A stretch of 64,000 nucleotides of DNA, from IMG/VR virus record IMGVR_UViG_3300041583_000345, positions 57,931 through 121,930 of that record, one strand, 5' to 3'. The notes below the pieces were generated by a model. It did no database searches, was not told where the DNA came from, and saw only the letters and a program-made list of their open reading frames with translations. This stretch comes from a virus. Position 1 is the stretch's first letter. Each line of letters begins with the position of its first letter. Position numbers and translations under genes: made by a program. Shown here piece by piece: positions 28,119 through 37,605 of the stretch.

Positions 28119-29075
28119 TTATTTAATAATTCCAGCTAGTTTCTGCATTCTACGGACTGCATCAGATACTTCCGAAATAATCTCCGGTTTAGAAGCTGTT
28201 GTTCCTGTAGCTTTAGACGCCATACCTTTAAATTTTGATTCTGTAACATTTTCTTTTCTTGTATTAACTACATTTTCAGAAACTGTTTCAAAAACTAGTT
28301 TTACTTCTTTTACTGTTTCAGCTTTGTCGAAAGCAGCTATGATGTTAACTTTTTGTGATTCTGTAAGGCTGTTTGCCTTAAAGATTTTGTTTACATATAA
28401 CAATTTTGAATTAAGAAGGTTTACTTCTTGAAGATCTTTTTTAAGATATTTAATAGTATTTAAAGCTTCTTTAAGCTCTTCTTCCATTTTATCTTCTTTA
28501 TCAGACTTTTTAGATTTATGGTACTTCTCGCTTACTTGTTCTTCGTTTCCGTATTCTAATTCTCTTAAAAGTTCATCTAAATCGATTTCCTCTTCGTCTT
28601 CTACTTCCATTCCTGGTTCTTCCATTGCCGGTTCGTCTCCCATTCCTTCGATATCACCAGCATCCATATCATCTCCCATCTCAGCGTCGCTGCTTCCGAT
28701 TTCTTGAGCAATAATATCTCTGATCATGTCTTTGAATTGGTCTACTGAAAGATCACTAAGATCTTGGTCGCCTTCTAATTCCTCTTCTTCTGATTCCTCA
28801 GCTTCGTATCCTGGTGCTTCTTCTTCAGCTTCGTCTTCAGATTCTTCTGAATCATCCTCTGCCTCTTTTACTGCAATAAATCCTGATGCGTTTTCCTCTA
28901 CTCCTTCTTCTTCTTCATTAGATGAATCTTCCATCTCTTGAAGTTTAGCAGCTAACATATCTTTTAGATGAGGGGTTAAAGTCTCTTCTAGAGCTTGTTT
29001 AGCGTTAGCAATAGCGGCTTCACGTACGGATTTAGCTTCAGCAATAGCTTGCTTAAATAAATCTTTGTTTGCCAT
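28119..29075 (-). CDS. Prohead scaffolding protein (gp22-like)
   Basis: Highly acidic, helical, ends RMQKLAGI; directly upstream of the capsid gene; TATTTATA at 29171-29178. Confidence 0.75.
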   Translation of the reverse strand: MANKDLFKQAIAEAKSVREAAIANAKQALEETLTPHLKDMLAAKLQEMEDSSNEEEEGVEENASGFIAVKEAEDDSEESEDEAEEEAPGYEAEESEEEELEGDQDLSDLSVDQFKDMIRDIIAQEIGSSDAEMGDDMDAGDIEGMGDEPAMEEPGMEVEDEEEIDLDELLRELEYGNEEQVSEKYHKSKKSDKEDKMEEELKEALNTIKYLKKDLQEVNLLNSKLLYVNKIFKANSLTESQKVNIIAAFDKAETVKEVKLVFETVSENVVNTRKENVTESKFKGMASKATGTTASKPEIISEVSDAVRRMQKLAGIIK

Positions 29076-29191
29076 TTTAATTTAATGTGTTGAGTTTCGT
29101 ATAGCTATTATAAGCTATAATGTGAAGTTATAAATTTTTTCAATACCGTATAGAGACGGTATATTATGTCTATAAATATAGGCATTTTTAT

Positions 29192-29223
29192 AAAACAAGA
29201 AACCCCTACATTGCTGTAAGGGA
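29192..29223 (-). terminator. Intrinsic terminator
   Basis: Minus strand CCCTTACA-GCAA-TGTAGGGG-TTTCTTGTTTT. Confidence 0.7.
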
Positions 29224-29228
29224 ATCGA

Positions 29229-29263
29229 CACCTGCCTTCGGTACCTTCCGAGGGAATTATTTT
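29229..29263. repeat. 35-nt structured direct repeat, copy 1
   Basis: CACCTGCCTTCGGTA-CCT-TCCGAGGGAATTATTTT; differs from the copy at 30328 at 2 positions, both in the loop. Confidence 0.9.
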
Positions 29264-29298
29264 TAAGAGTTTAATATATTCTTTATTTTATTTTTATG

Positions 29299-30066
29299 TT
29301 ATGAATCTAATTTAGAAAATCCATTGGGTACAACTCCTTCACATATAAGTGTTGCTACAATTGGTGATACTACTGAACCTACAAATATACCTACACCTGC
29401 TGGTGTTGATAATGCTGCTGTTGCGTATATTGGATTTGCTTTACCTACTACATTAGTAAGTACTCTTGTTAGTAATGGTTTATCACATTTTCCGTTAACA
29501 CCTGGTATTAAAAATATACCTTCAGCTAACAATTTACCAATTACAGTTGATACTGTCATCATTGCCACTTTTTGTCCTACTGTTGCCATTGCCGCTAACA
29601 TAGTTGCACTAATTGTAGTTGATGTTACAGTACCGGGGTCAGCGGGTGCGGGTTTTGGTGTGAAGTATATAACACATCCGGTTGTTAGTGCCATATTCAA
29701 TCCAATGTAACAAGCATTTTCATCTAACCAATCAATAGCAGCTGTTACTCCTTCTTCAACTACTTCCAATCCTTCTTTAGAAAATTCAATTGCCTGTGCA
29801 CTACCTTCTTTCCATACTGTAGATGTCACATCAATACCTTGTTTGGCCGCTTCAGTTGTATTCTTAGCAACGACATCTGTTGTATGTACTACGGCTTTTG
29901 TTGCATCCTTATATATATTCTCAGTAGTTTTAACCACATTATCAACTTCATCCTTAATTATATCAATGGGGTTAGGTATTTTAGGAATTGGGTTAGGTAT
30001 GTTTGGTATTGGGTTAGGTATTTTAGGTATTTTAGGTACTTTTATTTTGTTTAATGGATTCTTCAT
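29299..30066 (-). CDS. Accessory protein with N-terminal (K/N)IP(N/K)P repeats and a hydrophobic C-terminal half
   Basis: KIPKIPNPIPNIPNPIPKIPNP; long Ala/Val/Thr-rich segments with four Cys. Confidence 0.7.
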   Translation of the reverse strand: MKNPLNKIKVPKIPKIPNPIPNIPNPIPKIPNPIDIIKDEVDNVVKTTENIYKDATKAVVHTTDVVAKNTTEAAKQGIDVTSTVWKEGSAQAIEFSKEGLEVVEEGVTAAIDWLDENACYIGLNMALTTGCVIYFTPKPAPADPGTVTSTTISATMLAAMATVGQKVAMMTVSTVIGKLLAEGIFLIPGVNGKCDKPLLTRVLTNVVGKANPIYATAALSTPAGVGIFVGSVVSPIVATLICEGVVPNGFSKLDS

Positions 30067-30071
30067 AATTA

Positions 30072-30275
30072 TTATTTATTTCTTTTATTATTGTTCATAC
30101 CGAAATAAGTGCCCACTATAGCCACTAATCCAGTAATTGTCACTTGTAAAAGGTGTATTATGTTTTCGTCTATAGGTCTACTATCTTCTAATGCAATGTA
30201 GAAATCTCCTATTACTATAATTACTAGTAATATCATTATACCTGTAACCAATATTAATACAACTTTTTCTTTCAT
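30072..30275 (-). CDS. Small two-transmembrane-helix protein
   Basis: 67 aa, two hydrophobic segments and a basic C-terminus; TATTTATA at 30280-30287. Confidence 0.7.
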   Translation of the reverse strand: MKEKVVLILVTGIMILLVIIVIGDFYIALEDSRPIDENIIHLLQVTITGLVAIVGTYFGMNNNKRNK

Positions 30276-30291
30276 TTCCTATAAATATCGT

Positions 30292-30321
30292 AAAAAAGAA
30301 AACCTCATATTTCTATGAGGT
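30292..30321 (-). terminator. Intrinsic terminator
   Basis: Minus strand ACCTCATA-GAAA-TATGAGGT-TTTCTTTTTT. Confidence 0.8.
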
Positions 30322-30327
30322 CATCCC

Positions 30328-30362
30328 CACCTGCCTTCGGTAGCGTCCGAGGGAATTATTTT
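30328..30362. repeat. 35-nt structured direct repeat, copy 2
   Basis: CACCTGCCTTCGGTA-GCG-TCCGAGGGAATTATTTT; includes the stop codon of the upstream ORF. Confidence 0.9.
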
Positions 30363-31024
30363 AATGATTTAAGAACTGCTTCTTTAAGCGTCTTTTCTCT
30401 TTTAGTTAAACCCTCCATTATACTCTGTATAGCCATGTCATTTACTTCATCAGCCATTTCATCTGTTAGTTTATCTAACTCATCATCTGTTAATGGAGTT
30501 CCGTCTTCATATTCTGCATAACTTATAAAAGCATCAGCAAAGTCTGGGTAGTCTCTAGAGTCAACGCCATCTACTTCTATGGTTGATCTATCTATAGGTT
30601 TTGTTAAAGCACTAGGAGGATTCCCTCTACGTGCAGACCTAGCTAACATAGCATCAATACTTGCATTTGAACCTTTTTTTGGTTCATTCTCTAAAGAAAC
30701 TTCGTTTTTCCTTTCTCTCATTGACATTTCCTCCGAATTGGAGGCGAAGTCAATTACATCGTCTTTTAAAGCTGCTAAATCTTGTAGCAAATCTGTATCT
30801 ATTCCTCCCTGGTCATTCCATGCATTTATATAATCATCTACTGTAGGAAGACTTGTTATATGTTTAGGAGCATATTTATTCATTATTCGATCAAAGTTGA
30901 TTCTCTCTAAAGCTACTCTTAAGGCTTCTTCCTCACCTTCTATTGCTTGTTCTTTAATTATTTTACTTGTTTGTGAAAGTTTATTTTCTAATATAAACCC
31001 TCGTAGGTTAAAGTTGTTGCTCAT
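30356..31024 (-). CDS. Putative internal head protein sharing a module with ORF 31606-33408
   Basis: NF..I..KY.P....LPT.DDYI.AW...GG.D module; directly downstream of the protease gene. Confidence 0.65.
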   Translation of the reverse strand: MSNNFNLRGFILENKLSQTSKIIKEQAIEGEEEALRVALERINFDRIMNKYAPKHITSLPTVDDYINAWNDQGGIDTDLLQDLAALKDDVIDFASNSEEMSMRERKNEVSLENEPKKGSNASIDAMLARSARRGNPPSALTKPIDRSTIEVDGVDSRDYPDFADAFISYAEYEDGTPLTDDELDKLTDEMADEVNDMAIQSIMEGLTKREKTLKEAVLKSLK

Positions 31025-31602
31025 AATGCTCTTAATATATCGTTTATAATTAATTCTAGTTTACTATATATATTATCAGTTGTTTTTCCTTCATTTAACG
31101 CTACTGGGTTCATAAAAGCTCCCTGTGTAGATGGATTAGATACGAAGTCCCAACATACTAGCTCAAAATCAGTTTGTACTTCTAAAGTACCTTCGTTTGT
31201 TTGCTGTACTGAACCGGTTCCTCTAGAGGAAATACCTATTGTATGCCCTGCTTTGCATATTTCTTTAACAATATTACCTGAAGGTGTATTTAATAGCTCT
31301 ATACGTCCCATAAGGGCGTCTCCCTCCCACCATAGTTCTTTTACTACATGTGAAGCGTTCTTTAGAGAGACTATAGGAGACTCAGGGTGATCAAGTTCTC
31401 CAAAGGCATTTCCAACCTTAACAAACTCTTCTATATATCTTTGAGATTCTCTAAGAAGAATTTCTTTACTGTATGTGCGTCCGTTTTGATTCTTGGCTAC
31501 TGCTCTCTGCAGAATACCTTCTACTTCGTAGACTCCAGGTTTTGTTTTGGATTCTGTAAGTAGGGATCTAAAAGGGGTGACATCTACTAATAGCTGTGAC
31601 AT
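31021..31602 (-). CDS. Prohead protease (gp21-like)
   Basis: NQNGRTY, GELDHP, GISSRGTGS, WDFVSNPST. Confidence 0.95.
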   Translation of the reverse strand: MSQLLVDVTPFRSLLTESKTKPGVYEVEGILQRAVAKNQNGRTYSKEILLRESQRYIEEFVKVGNAFGELDHPESPIVSLKNASHVVKELWWEGDALMGRIELLNTPSGNIVKEICKAGHTIGISSRGTGSVQQTNEGTLEVQTDFELVCWDFVSNPSTQGAFMNPVALNEGKTTDNIYSKLELIINDILRAL

Positions 31603-31605
31603 AGT

Positions 31606-33408
31606 TTATTTTTTTTTAGATTCATATACCGGGGTAAACATCGTTTGTTTATCCATACCTTCTTCTCCTAATGGTCTCTCTCCTGAATTATGAGCTTCTA
31701 TGTCTTTTGAAGATATTGTTTTTACTTTAGGGAGATCTAATCCCTTAATAAATCCTTTTGCTATTACTGGTCTAAGATCTTTCATGAACGCTGATTCTAT
31801 GGCTGGTGCTAAGAAGCCTCCAACTTTTAATCCCTCTTCGTTTGTAATATTACCTAAATCTCCGTATACTTTTTGAATCTTCTCTCTTACTTTAGAATAA
31901 TACGCTTCTACATCTGTTACAATATTTTCTAGTTGATTGATAGCATTCTGCATTCCTTGAAATCCATCATACTCGTCTGCAATATGGGAAAGGTTTCCTG
32001 TAGCTGCTTCGTTAATAGACTCTTCTGTTAATACTTTTCTAATAATAGATTTAACAGCTTCTTTTAATTTAGCATTACTTTCCGCCATATTCTGATTATC
32101 TAGGTTTTTAGCGTAATGAATTACGTCCTGTTGAAGGAGTTTTGGGTCTAAATAATCTGGATCTAATCCTCCTGAGTCTTGCCATGCTTTAATATAATCA
32201 TCTTCGTCTGGTAAGTTATTTACATTTCTAGGAGTATATTTATCAATTAGTACTTTAAAATTAATTTTAAATAGGGCTTCTCTAAATTTTGTTTCTAAAT
32301 CTGAATCTTCATTTTCTGCCATATTCTGATTATCCAGTTTTCTAGCGTAATCAATAATGTCTTGCTGAAGCATTCTTATATCAAGGAAGTCTGGGTCTAA
32401 TCCTCCTTCGTTCTCCCATGCTTTAATATAATCATCTTCTGTAGGTAGATTATTTAATCCCTTAGGTGCGTATTTATCTACTATCCCCCTAAAATTTACT
32501 TTTGCTAAATTATTTCTAAATTCAGCTTCAAGATTTTCAGAATCTCCTTCTGTTTTCATAGCTCTTTTAATAGCTTTAGTTCTAGCTCCTCTATGTTCTT
32601 TTTCACCTGTTTCAATTTTACCGTTTCCGTCATAATCTTTATCGGCTAATTCTTTTTCGTTTAGTGAATCATAGTTAACACTAATAAATTCATCAAACTC
32701 ACTTACAGGGTCCATATCTGGATTGTTCATTAAACCGGTAGCTTTTGTGTGTAAGAAATCTTTTATTATAGCGTTAAGACCGGGTATTTCCTGATATTCT
32801 GCTGTAATAGCGTTTATAGCTGCTGCTAAAATTTCTTTTTTACTACTAGTAGGTTCTTCTGTGGTTAGTCCTTTTCTCTCTTTAATTTTAGCTATAGCGG
32901 TACTAATTTGATTTTCTGTATATCCGCTTTCTTTTAGTGTTGCTTTCTTCATACCGTTAAACACGTCTACTTCTGCTTTACCTCTTTTTGTTTCAACTTC
33001 TCTATCATGTTTATTAACTTTAGAAGATTCCCCGGACACTAAGTCCAGGTAATGTGTTGGATTTTTTTCTAAGTTATCTTTAGCTTTTTTTTCAGCTTTC
33101 TTAAAATCTTCTGCAGATACTGTTTCTCCTTCCTGTTTTCCTAAAGCTTTTATTTCAGCTCTAATGCCTCTATCTAAAGATCCTAAGGAATAGTTTAATA
33201 CTGGTCTTTCATCATAGACTACTTCTTCTACTTTTTTAGTTTCAAATAAGAGACCTCTATTTTTTAAGATCTGTACTGAGTCGTCAAATCCGTTAAATTG
33301 AGTTACATGCATAGGGTACTGTTGTCTCATTTGACGGACAAATTCCTTTTTTGTCATAGTGCCTTCGTTTACGGCTCTATATCTCTCTGTTACTGATTTT
33401 ATCTTCAT
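31606..33408 (-). CDS. Modular prohead core / internal protein with tandem ~75-aa repeats
   Basis: Two copies of FR..L.K.NF..DKY.P..NNLP.EDDYIKAW..GGLDPD..LQQD.I.YA..LDNQNMAE. Confidence 0.65.
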   Translation of the reverse strand: MKIKSVTERYRAVNEGTMTKKEFVRQMRQQYPMHVTQFNGFDDSVQILKNRGLLFETKKVEEVVYDERPVLNYSLGSLDRGIRAEIKALGKQEGETVSAEDFKKAEKKAKDNLEKNPTHYLDLVSGESSKVNKHDREVETKRGKAEVDVFNGMKKATLKESGYTENQISTAIAKIKERKGLTTEEPTSSKKEILAAAINAITAEYQEIPGLNAIIKDFLHTKATGLMNNPDMDPVSEFDEFISVNYDSLNEKELADKDYDGNGKIETGEKEHRGARTKAIKRAMKTEGDSENLEAEFRNNLAKVNFRGIVDKYAPKGLNNLPTEDDYIKAWENEGGLDPDFLDIRMLQQDIIDYARKLDNQNMAENEDSDLETKFREALFKINFKVLIDKYTPRNVNNLPDEDDYIKAWQDSGGLDPDYLDPKLLQQDVIHYAKNLDNQNMAESNAKLKEAVKSIIRKVLTEESINEAATGNLSHIADEYDGFQGMQNAINQLENIVTDVEAYYSKVREKIQKVYGDLGNITNEEGLKVGGFLAPAIESAFMKDLRPVIAKGFIKGLDLPKVKTISSKDIEAHNSGERPLGEEGMDKQTMFTPVYESKKK

Positions 33409-33411
33409 AAT

Positions 33412-33636
33412 CTATATATAATCAAATCCTTTTGTATGTGATGGCCGTGTAGGACGGCTAACCTGTTTGTATCCTAATTTTGTTAATGTTTTCTTAGCTT
33501 TATTACCTTTTCCGAAAGCTTTTGGTGTCGCATATTGTGCTCCATCTCCTGGTGAAAAAGATCCTCCTCCGGTACTGGTAATATTTGCTTCGTCAAGCAT
33601 TTCCTTTATTAACTTAGTTAAGTCTGATCTTTTCAC
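33412..33636 (-). CDS. Small putative internal head protein
   Basis: MKRSDLTKLIKEMLDE leader followed by a Gly-rich/basic peptide. Confidence 0.65.
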   Translation of the reverse strand: MKRSDLTKLIKEMLDEANITSTGGGSFSPGDGAQYATPKAFGKGNKAKKTLTKLGYKQVSRPTRPSHTKGFDYI

Positions 33637-34490
33637 TATACTATTTTTAACTCATTAACTAATTCGTAGTATTGCATAAGGTTAACTAAGTGGCTATCGG
33701 TTACTTTTTCCTTGTTGGTTAAAGGCTTAATAGCTTTAGATACTTCATCTAATTTAATTTTAACTACCTCGTCTTTTACCTTTAAAGATAATTGTCTAAC
33801 CTGTTCAGCTATTTTAACTAACTCTTCATTTACAATTGTATGTAAACGTTTATTTGAGTTTACTGACGTAATAAACTCTCTTAATATGTTTTTCTGTTCT
33901 GGAAGTAAGTCTTTGTAGTTGTCGTTAAACTTCTCTAATAGTATTTTAAATGTAAGAAGACGTAAATCTTTATCGTACTTAGAGTACTCTTCAATTAATG
34001 TGTCCTTTACATCTGCTTCTTTCTGTGGTGATGATGTTAGGTGTTCTAAAATTGTGGTTTTATTATCCACAAGAAAAGAAGGGCTTACTAAATCAGCATT
34101 ATTCTGTGCTTCTAATAAACAGTACAGAGCGGCAAGGGCTTTATAATCCCTTACTTGAATGCCGAAAAATTCATCTACATTATACGCTTCTTTAATATCA
34201 GATATTAATCCGTATTTTTGCTCTTTTAAAGCTTTTTGATCTAGCTTACGAGATACTTCCGTAATAGTAGAAACAATGGCTTCTGCTTTAGACTGGGATA
34301 CATTCTTATTTTTAACAATGAATTCATATAATTTGAATTCCCTTGCCAGGGCTGTTCTACCGGTAAAATATTTTTTTACAATATTAACAGCAGCGGAATC
34401 TTTATTATTTAGAGTGTCCGAAGCTATTTGTTTTACTAGTAGCTCAAAAATAAGACCTGTATTTCTAAATTTCGAGTGTTTTACTTTCAT
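33636..34490 (-). CDS. Hypothetical head-module protein
   Basis: 284-aa helical ORF directly downstream of the portal gene; TATTTATT at 34507-34514. Confidence 0.65.
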   Translation of the reverse strand: MKVKHSKFRNTGLIFELLVKQIASDTLNNKDSAAVNIVKKYFTGRTALAREFKLYEFIVKNKNVSQSKAEAIVSTITEVSRKLDQKALKEQKYGLISDIKEAYNVDEFFGIQVRDYKALAALYCLLEAQNNADLVSPSFLVDNKTTILEHLTSSPQKEADVKDTLIEEYSKYDKDLRLLTFKILLEKFNDNYKDLLPEQKNILREFITSVNSNKRLHTIVNEELVKIAEQVRQLSLKVKDEVVKIKLDEVSKAIKPLTNKEKVTDSHLVNLMQYYELVNELKIV

Positions 34491-34518
34491 TGTATACGTT
34501 TACTATAATAAATATGGA

Positions 34519-36414
34519 CTAATTACCTAAATCTTTAATGTTATCTTCATTCATCATATCTGGTTCAGATATAGTTTCTTTAGAAAACACTATATTTTTT
34601 AGTGCTGCTTTATTTTTATGGTAAACTCCTTTAGTGACCATGTTCTCCATTACATTCTCGTTGTCTGATGGGTATCCGCCGTGCATCCCGTGGGTGCCTA
34701 AAGGGTCTCTTCCTCCTAAACCGGCTGTTGTTCCGTATACTGAGGCTTTTTCAGTCGGTCTTCCTCCTTCTGGGCCTGGTTCTCCCCAATCCGGGGTTTC
34801 TTCTTCATATCCTGCTGGTACTTCTCCCGGGCCTCCACCTTTTGGTGTTGAAGTAGATCTTCTACCGTACATTGAAGCTAAGTCATGAGGGGTTCCGTAA
34901 GTTGTTCCTGATTTAGCAGGATCATTACCTTCATTCTCAATTTGTGCTATTCTAAATAGGCGTTTGGAATCTTCCCTAACTAAATCTCTCATTTCCATAT
35001 ACTCATCTTCTGATAAGTTAAATAGGTTTTCATATATGTAATCTGATGAGAATAATTTAGAGTCTTTCATTTGATTTGCAAGATCAATTTTCTCTTTCAT
35101 AAGAGCGACTTTTTCTTGTTCAAATATAATAGAAGGGGTAGTAAGTTTAATTTCAAAATTGGTTAAACTCTCTCCGGTAAATCCCTGTGTGTATAAATGT
35201 ACTAGTGCAATCTTAGTTAATTCAGATTCCAGTATCTTTTGAATTCTCTCTACAGTTCTAGCAAATCTAATGTCTTCTGCTGCTAATGTTGCCTTACCTG
35301 ATAAATCTCCTTCGTACCCGAAATAAGCTTTTGGTATCTTTAATGCTGCAAACATCTTAGCTTGTAGGTATATAACGTCTGTTACACCGTCATACTCTAA
35401 TCCTTTAGTAGTTTCAATTCTAGTAGAAGTATCACCTCCTCTTACAGGCATGTAGAAATCTTCCATCATGTTCTGCATATTAAACTTTAAGTTATATTGT
35501 CCATCATCTCCAATATAAGGAGTTTTTTTCATTCCATTGATAGTCTTTTGCATGAACTGTTCTACCTCTGTAGGTGGTACGTTTCCTACATTTATATAGA
35601 ACATTCTCTTTTCTGGAGCTCTCATGATTCTATGAATCAACATTGCATCCTCCATTAAAGTTACCTGTTTAAAGATTTTTCTGGCTGGCTCTAAATAAGA
35701 ACGGCCGTAAGGTAGGTAATTTGTATCTGAGATTAGTCTAAAGTGAGCAATTTCGTAATTGTCAAACTCTACTACTCTTTGGTCTGATTTTCTCTTGGGT
35801 AAGTAGTTTGGATTCTGTGAAGATGCTAATCCGTCTGGGTCTAGTTGGAATGAAACTTTGGAAGGGTTTTCTGGGTCTATGCCCTCTCTTCTCACCATAT
35901 GGTAAACTGTATATGGAAGTACATTATAAACTCCAAACTTCTCAGCTATCTCTAATTTTAAAAAGAAATCACCGTATTTACACATATTACGAGTCCATGA
36001 CCATAAGTTAAACTCGATGTTTAATACATCGTAAAATAAATTATAAAGAACTTTTTGAATGTTTTCGTCTGATGATTTAATCGCTAAGATTTCGTTTTGA
36101 TCGTTCTTAGTGCATGCTTCATCGGCAATAATATCTAATGCTGAAGCTATAATAGGATCGGTGTCCATCGCTTCATAATCAGAATATAATTGAATCCTTA
36201 ATGTTTGATAATTCAAGTTAGGATTAAATATATTTTTATTGTTGTAAATATATAGACGGCTAAACCTGTCTATAAGTGAGTTTGTCTGGTATTTACCAGT
36301 CTGCTGTATTTGATTAACATCGGCAATCTTTAACTCATTACCTCCTACGTTTCTGATTACAATATCAGAAGCAAAGAGTGTTTTAAGTCTGCCAAATAGT
36401 GAAGTATCCGCCAT
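34519..36414 (-). CDS. Portal protein (gp20-like)
   Basis: MEDAMLIHRIMRAPEKRMFYINVGN, EDFYMPVRGG, ALKIPKAY, DIRFARTVERIQ; TATTTATA at 36431-36438. Confidence 0.95.
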   Translation of the reverse strand: MADTSLFGRLKTLFASDIVIRNVGGNELKIADVNQIQQTGKYQTNSLIDRFSRLYIYNNKNIFNPNLNYQTLRIQLYSDYEAMDTDPIIASALDIIADEACTKNDQNEILAIKSSDENIQKVLYNLFYDVLNIEFNLWSWTRNMCKYGDFFLKLEIAEKFGVYNVLPYTVYHMVRREGIDPENPSKVSFQLDPDGLASSQNPNYLPKRKSDQRVVEFDNYEIAHFRLISDTNYLPYGRSYLEPARKIFKQVTLMEDAMLIHRIMRAPEKRMFYINVGNVPPTEVEQFMQKTINGMKKTPYIGDDGQYNLKFNMQNMMEDFYMPVRGGDTSTRIETTKGLEYDGVTDVIYLQAKMFAALKIPKAYFGYEGDLSGKATLAAEDIRFARTVERIQKILESELTKIALVHLYTQGFTGESLTNFEIKLTTPSIIFEQEKVALMKEKIDLANQMKDSKLFSSDYIYENLFNLSEDEYMEMRDLVREDSKRLFRIAQIENEGNDPAKSGTTYGTPHDLASMYGRRSTSTPKGGGPGEVPAGYEEETPDWGEPGPEGGRPTEKASVYGTTAGLGGRDPLGTHGMHGGYPSDNENVMENMVTKGVYHKNKAALKNIVFSKETISEPDMMNEDNIKDLGN

Positions 36415-36444
36415 TGAAATAATATTTATATATAAATAGTTGGT

Positions 36445-37605
36445 TTATAGAAGCCAGGTGATATCCTCATCCCCGTAGGCTGTCTTTATAATATATGGAT
36501 TTTCTCTCTGATTTCCAACTGAAGACATAACTACTCTATTCTGAGTGTTTAGATTACTAAAAGAGGACATTTGTGCTCTGGTTAGGTCCATTCCCTGTTG
36601 TCTTAGTCTTAATGCAGTATCTCGTACATACAATGCAGTAGCACATGATATAATTAAATCGTCATTGTAATTTGTTTGTGCTTGGGGCTTTCCGTTTTTC
36701 CAAACAAATACTCTCATCTCCCCCATTGTACGTTTAGATTGTATTATTACAGATCTCTCCCTAATGTACTCAGTCATCTTAGCGATCACTAAAGGTCGTG
36801 TTTTCATAGACATTGTAAAGCCTGGTACTAATTTATCTCTTTCATATTTAGACATATACGATTCTACTGTCTCCATATTACCTGTTGAACTGTAATATAA
36901 GTTTCTATATTCACGTTCCATTACCTGTTCTATAGTAGCCCACCCAATATTGGCATTCTCTATTACAAGAAGTGCTTCATTATATTCTGTTGCTATACCT
37001 ACAAGAACATTACCAAAATCTTTGGGTGATACTTTGCCCTTGTATTCCCCTACTTGGGTACAAGTTTCTACATCAAATATGTGAAATGCAGAATAATCGG
37101 CAGAGTCTCCTCTAGAGACATCCGCTACAACTATATAGTCTTTAGTGTAGTCTGGTGATTCCCAAATCCATAAATTACTATCTACCCCTCTTTTTTCGAC
37201 AGGGTCTCTTTGATAAGTCTGTTCGTAAAATAAAAGATCATCTGGTTCAAATACTGTATCTCCAGAAGCTAAGAAATCACAGTTATGGGATACGAGTTTG
37301 TCAGCAATGAATAGATGCTTAGTGCCTACGTCTACTGGGTCGTATAATATGAAGTCTCCTTCTATCTTTTCAATGGATACTACTGTTACATCTTTCTGTA
37401 GAATATCCCCCGGTTTTATGTCTTTAGCAAGAACTTCTAGTCCGTCAACTATAAACCTATGTTCTAAAGAAGACTGTATCTCTACACTGTTGGAAAGTAT
37501 AAAATGTATAACTTCTGATTTAGATGTTTTCCTAATAGCAGAGAAAGGTTTATAGCCGTCTGGGGTCATTAGCTCGTACCTTGTGTTCTTTCTAATTTCT
37601 ATCAT
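36445..37605 (-). CDS. terL: Terminase large subunit C-terminal fragment (nuclease domain) preceded by the IntC intein half
   Basis: 108-aa Hint-like leader ending LVSHN, then CDFLASG; nuclease motifs VADVSRG..DYS and NDDLII. Confidence 0.9.
   Translation of the reverse strand: MIEIRKNTRYELMTPDGYKPFSAIRKTSKSEVIHFILSNSVEIQSSLEHRFIVDGLEVLAKDIKPGDILQKDVTVVSIEKIEGDFILYDPVDVGTKHLFIADKLVSHNCDFLASGDTVFEPDDLLFYEQTYQRDPVEKRGVDSNLWIWESPDYTKDYIVVADVSRGDSADYSAFHIFDVETCTQVGEYKGKVSPKDFGNVLVGIATEYNEALLVIENANIGWATIEQVMEREYRNLYYSSTGNMETVESYMSKYERDKLVPGFTMSMKTRPLVIAKMTEYIRERSVIIQSKRTMGEMRVFVWKNGKPQAQTNYNDDLIISCATALYVRDTALRLRQQGMDLTRAQMSSFSNLNTQNRVVMSSVGNQRENPYIIKTAYGDEDITWLL
37282..37605 (-). mobile_element. 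Split intein C-terminal half (IntC, 108 aa)
   Basis: Block B SLEHRF, block F LYD, terminal His-Asn followed by Cys+1. Confidence 0.9.
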
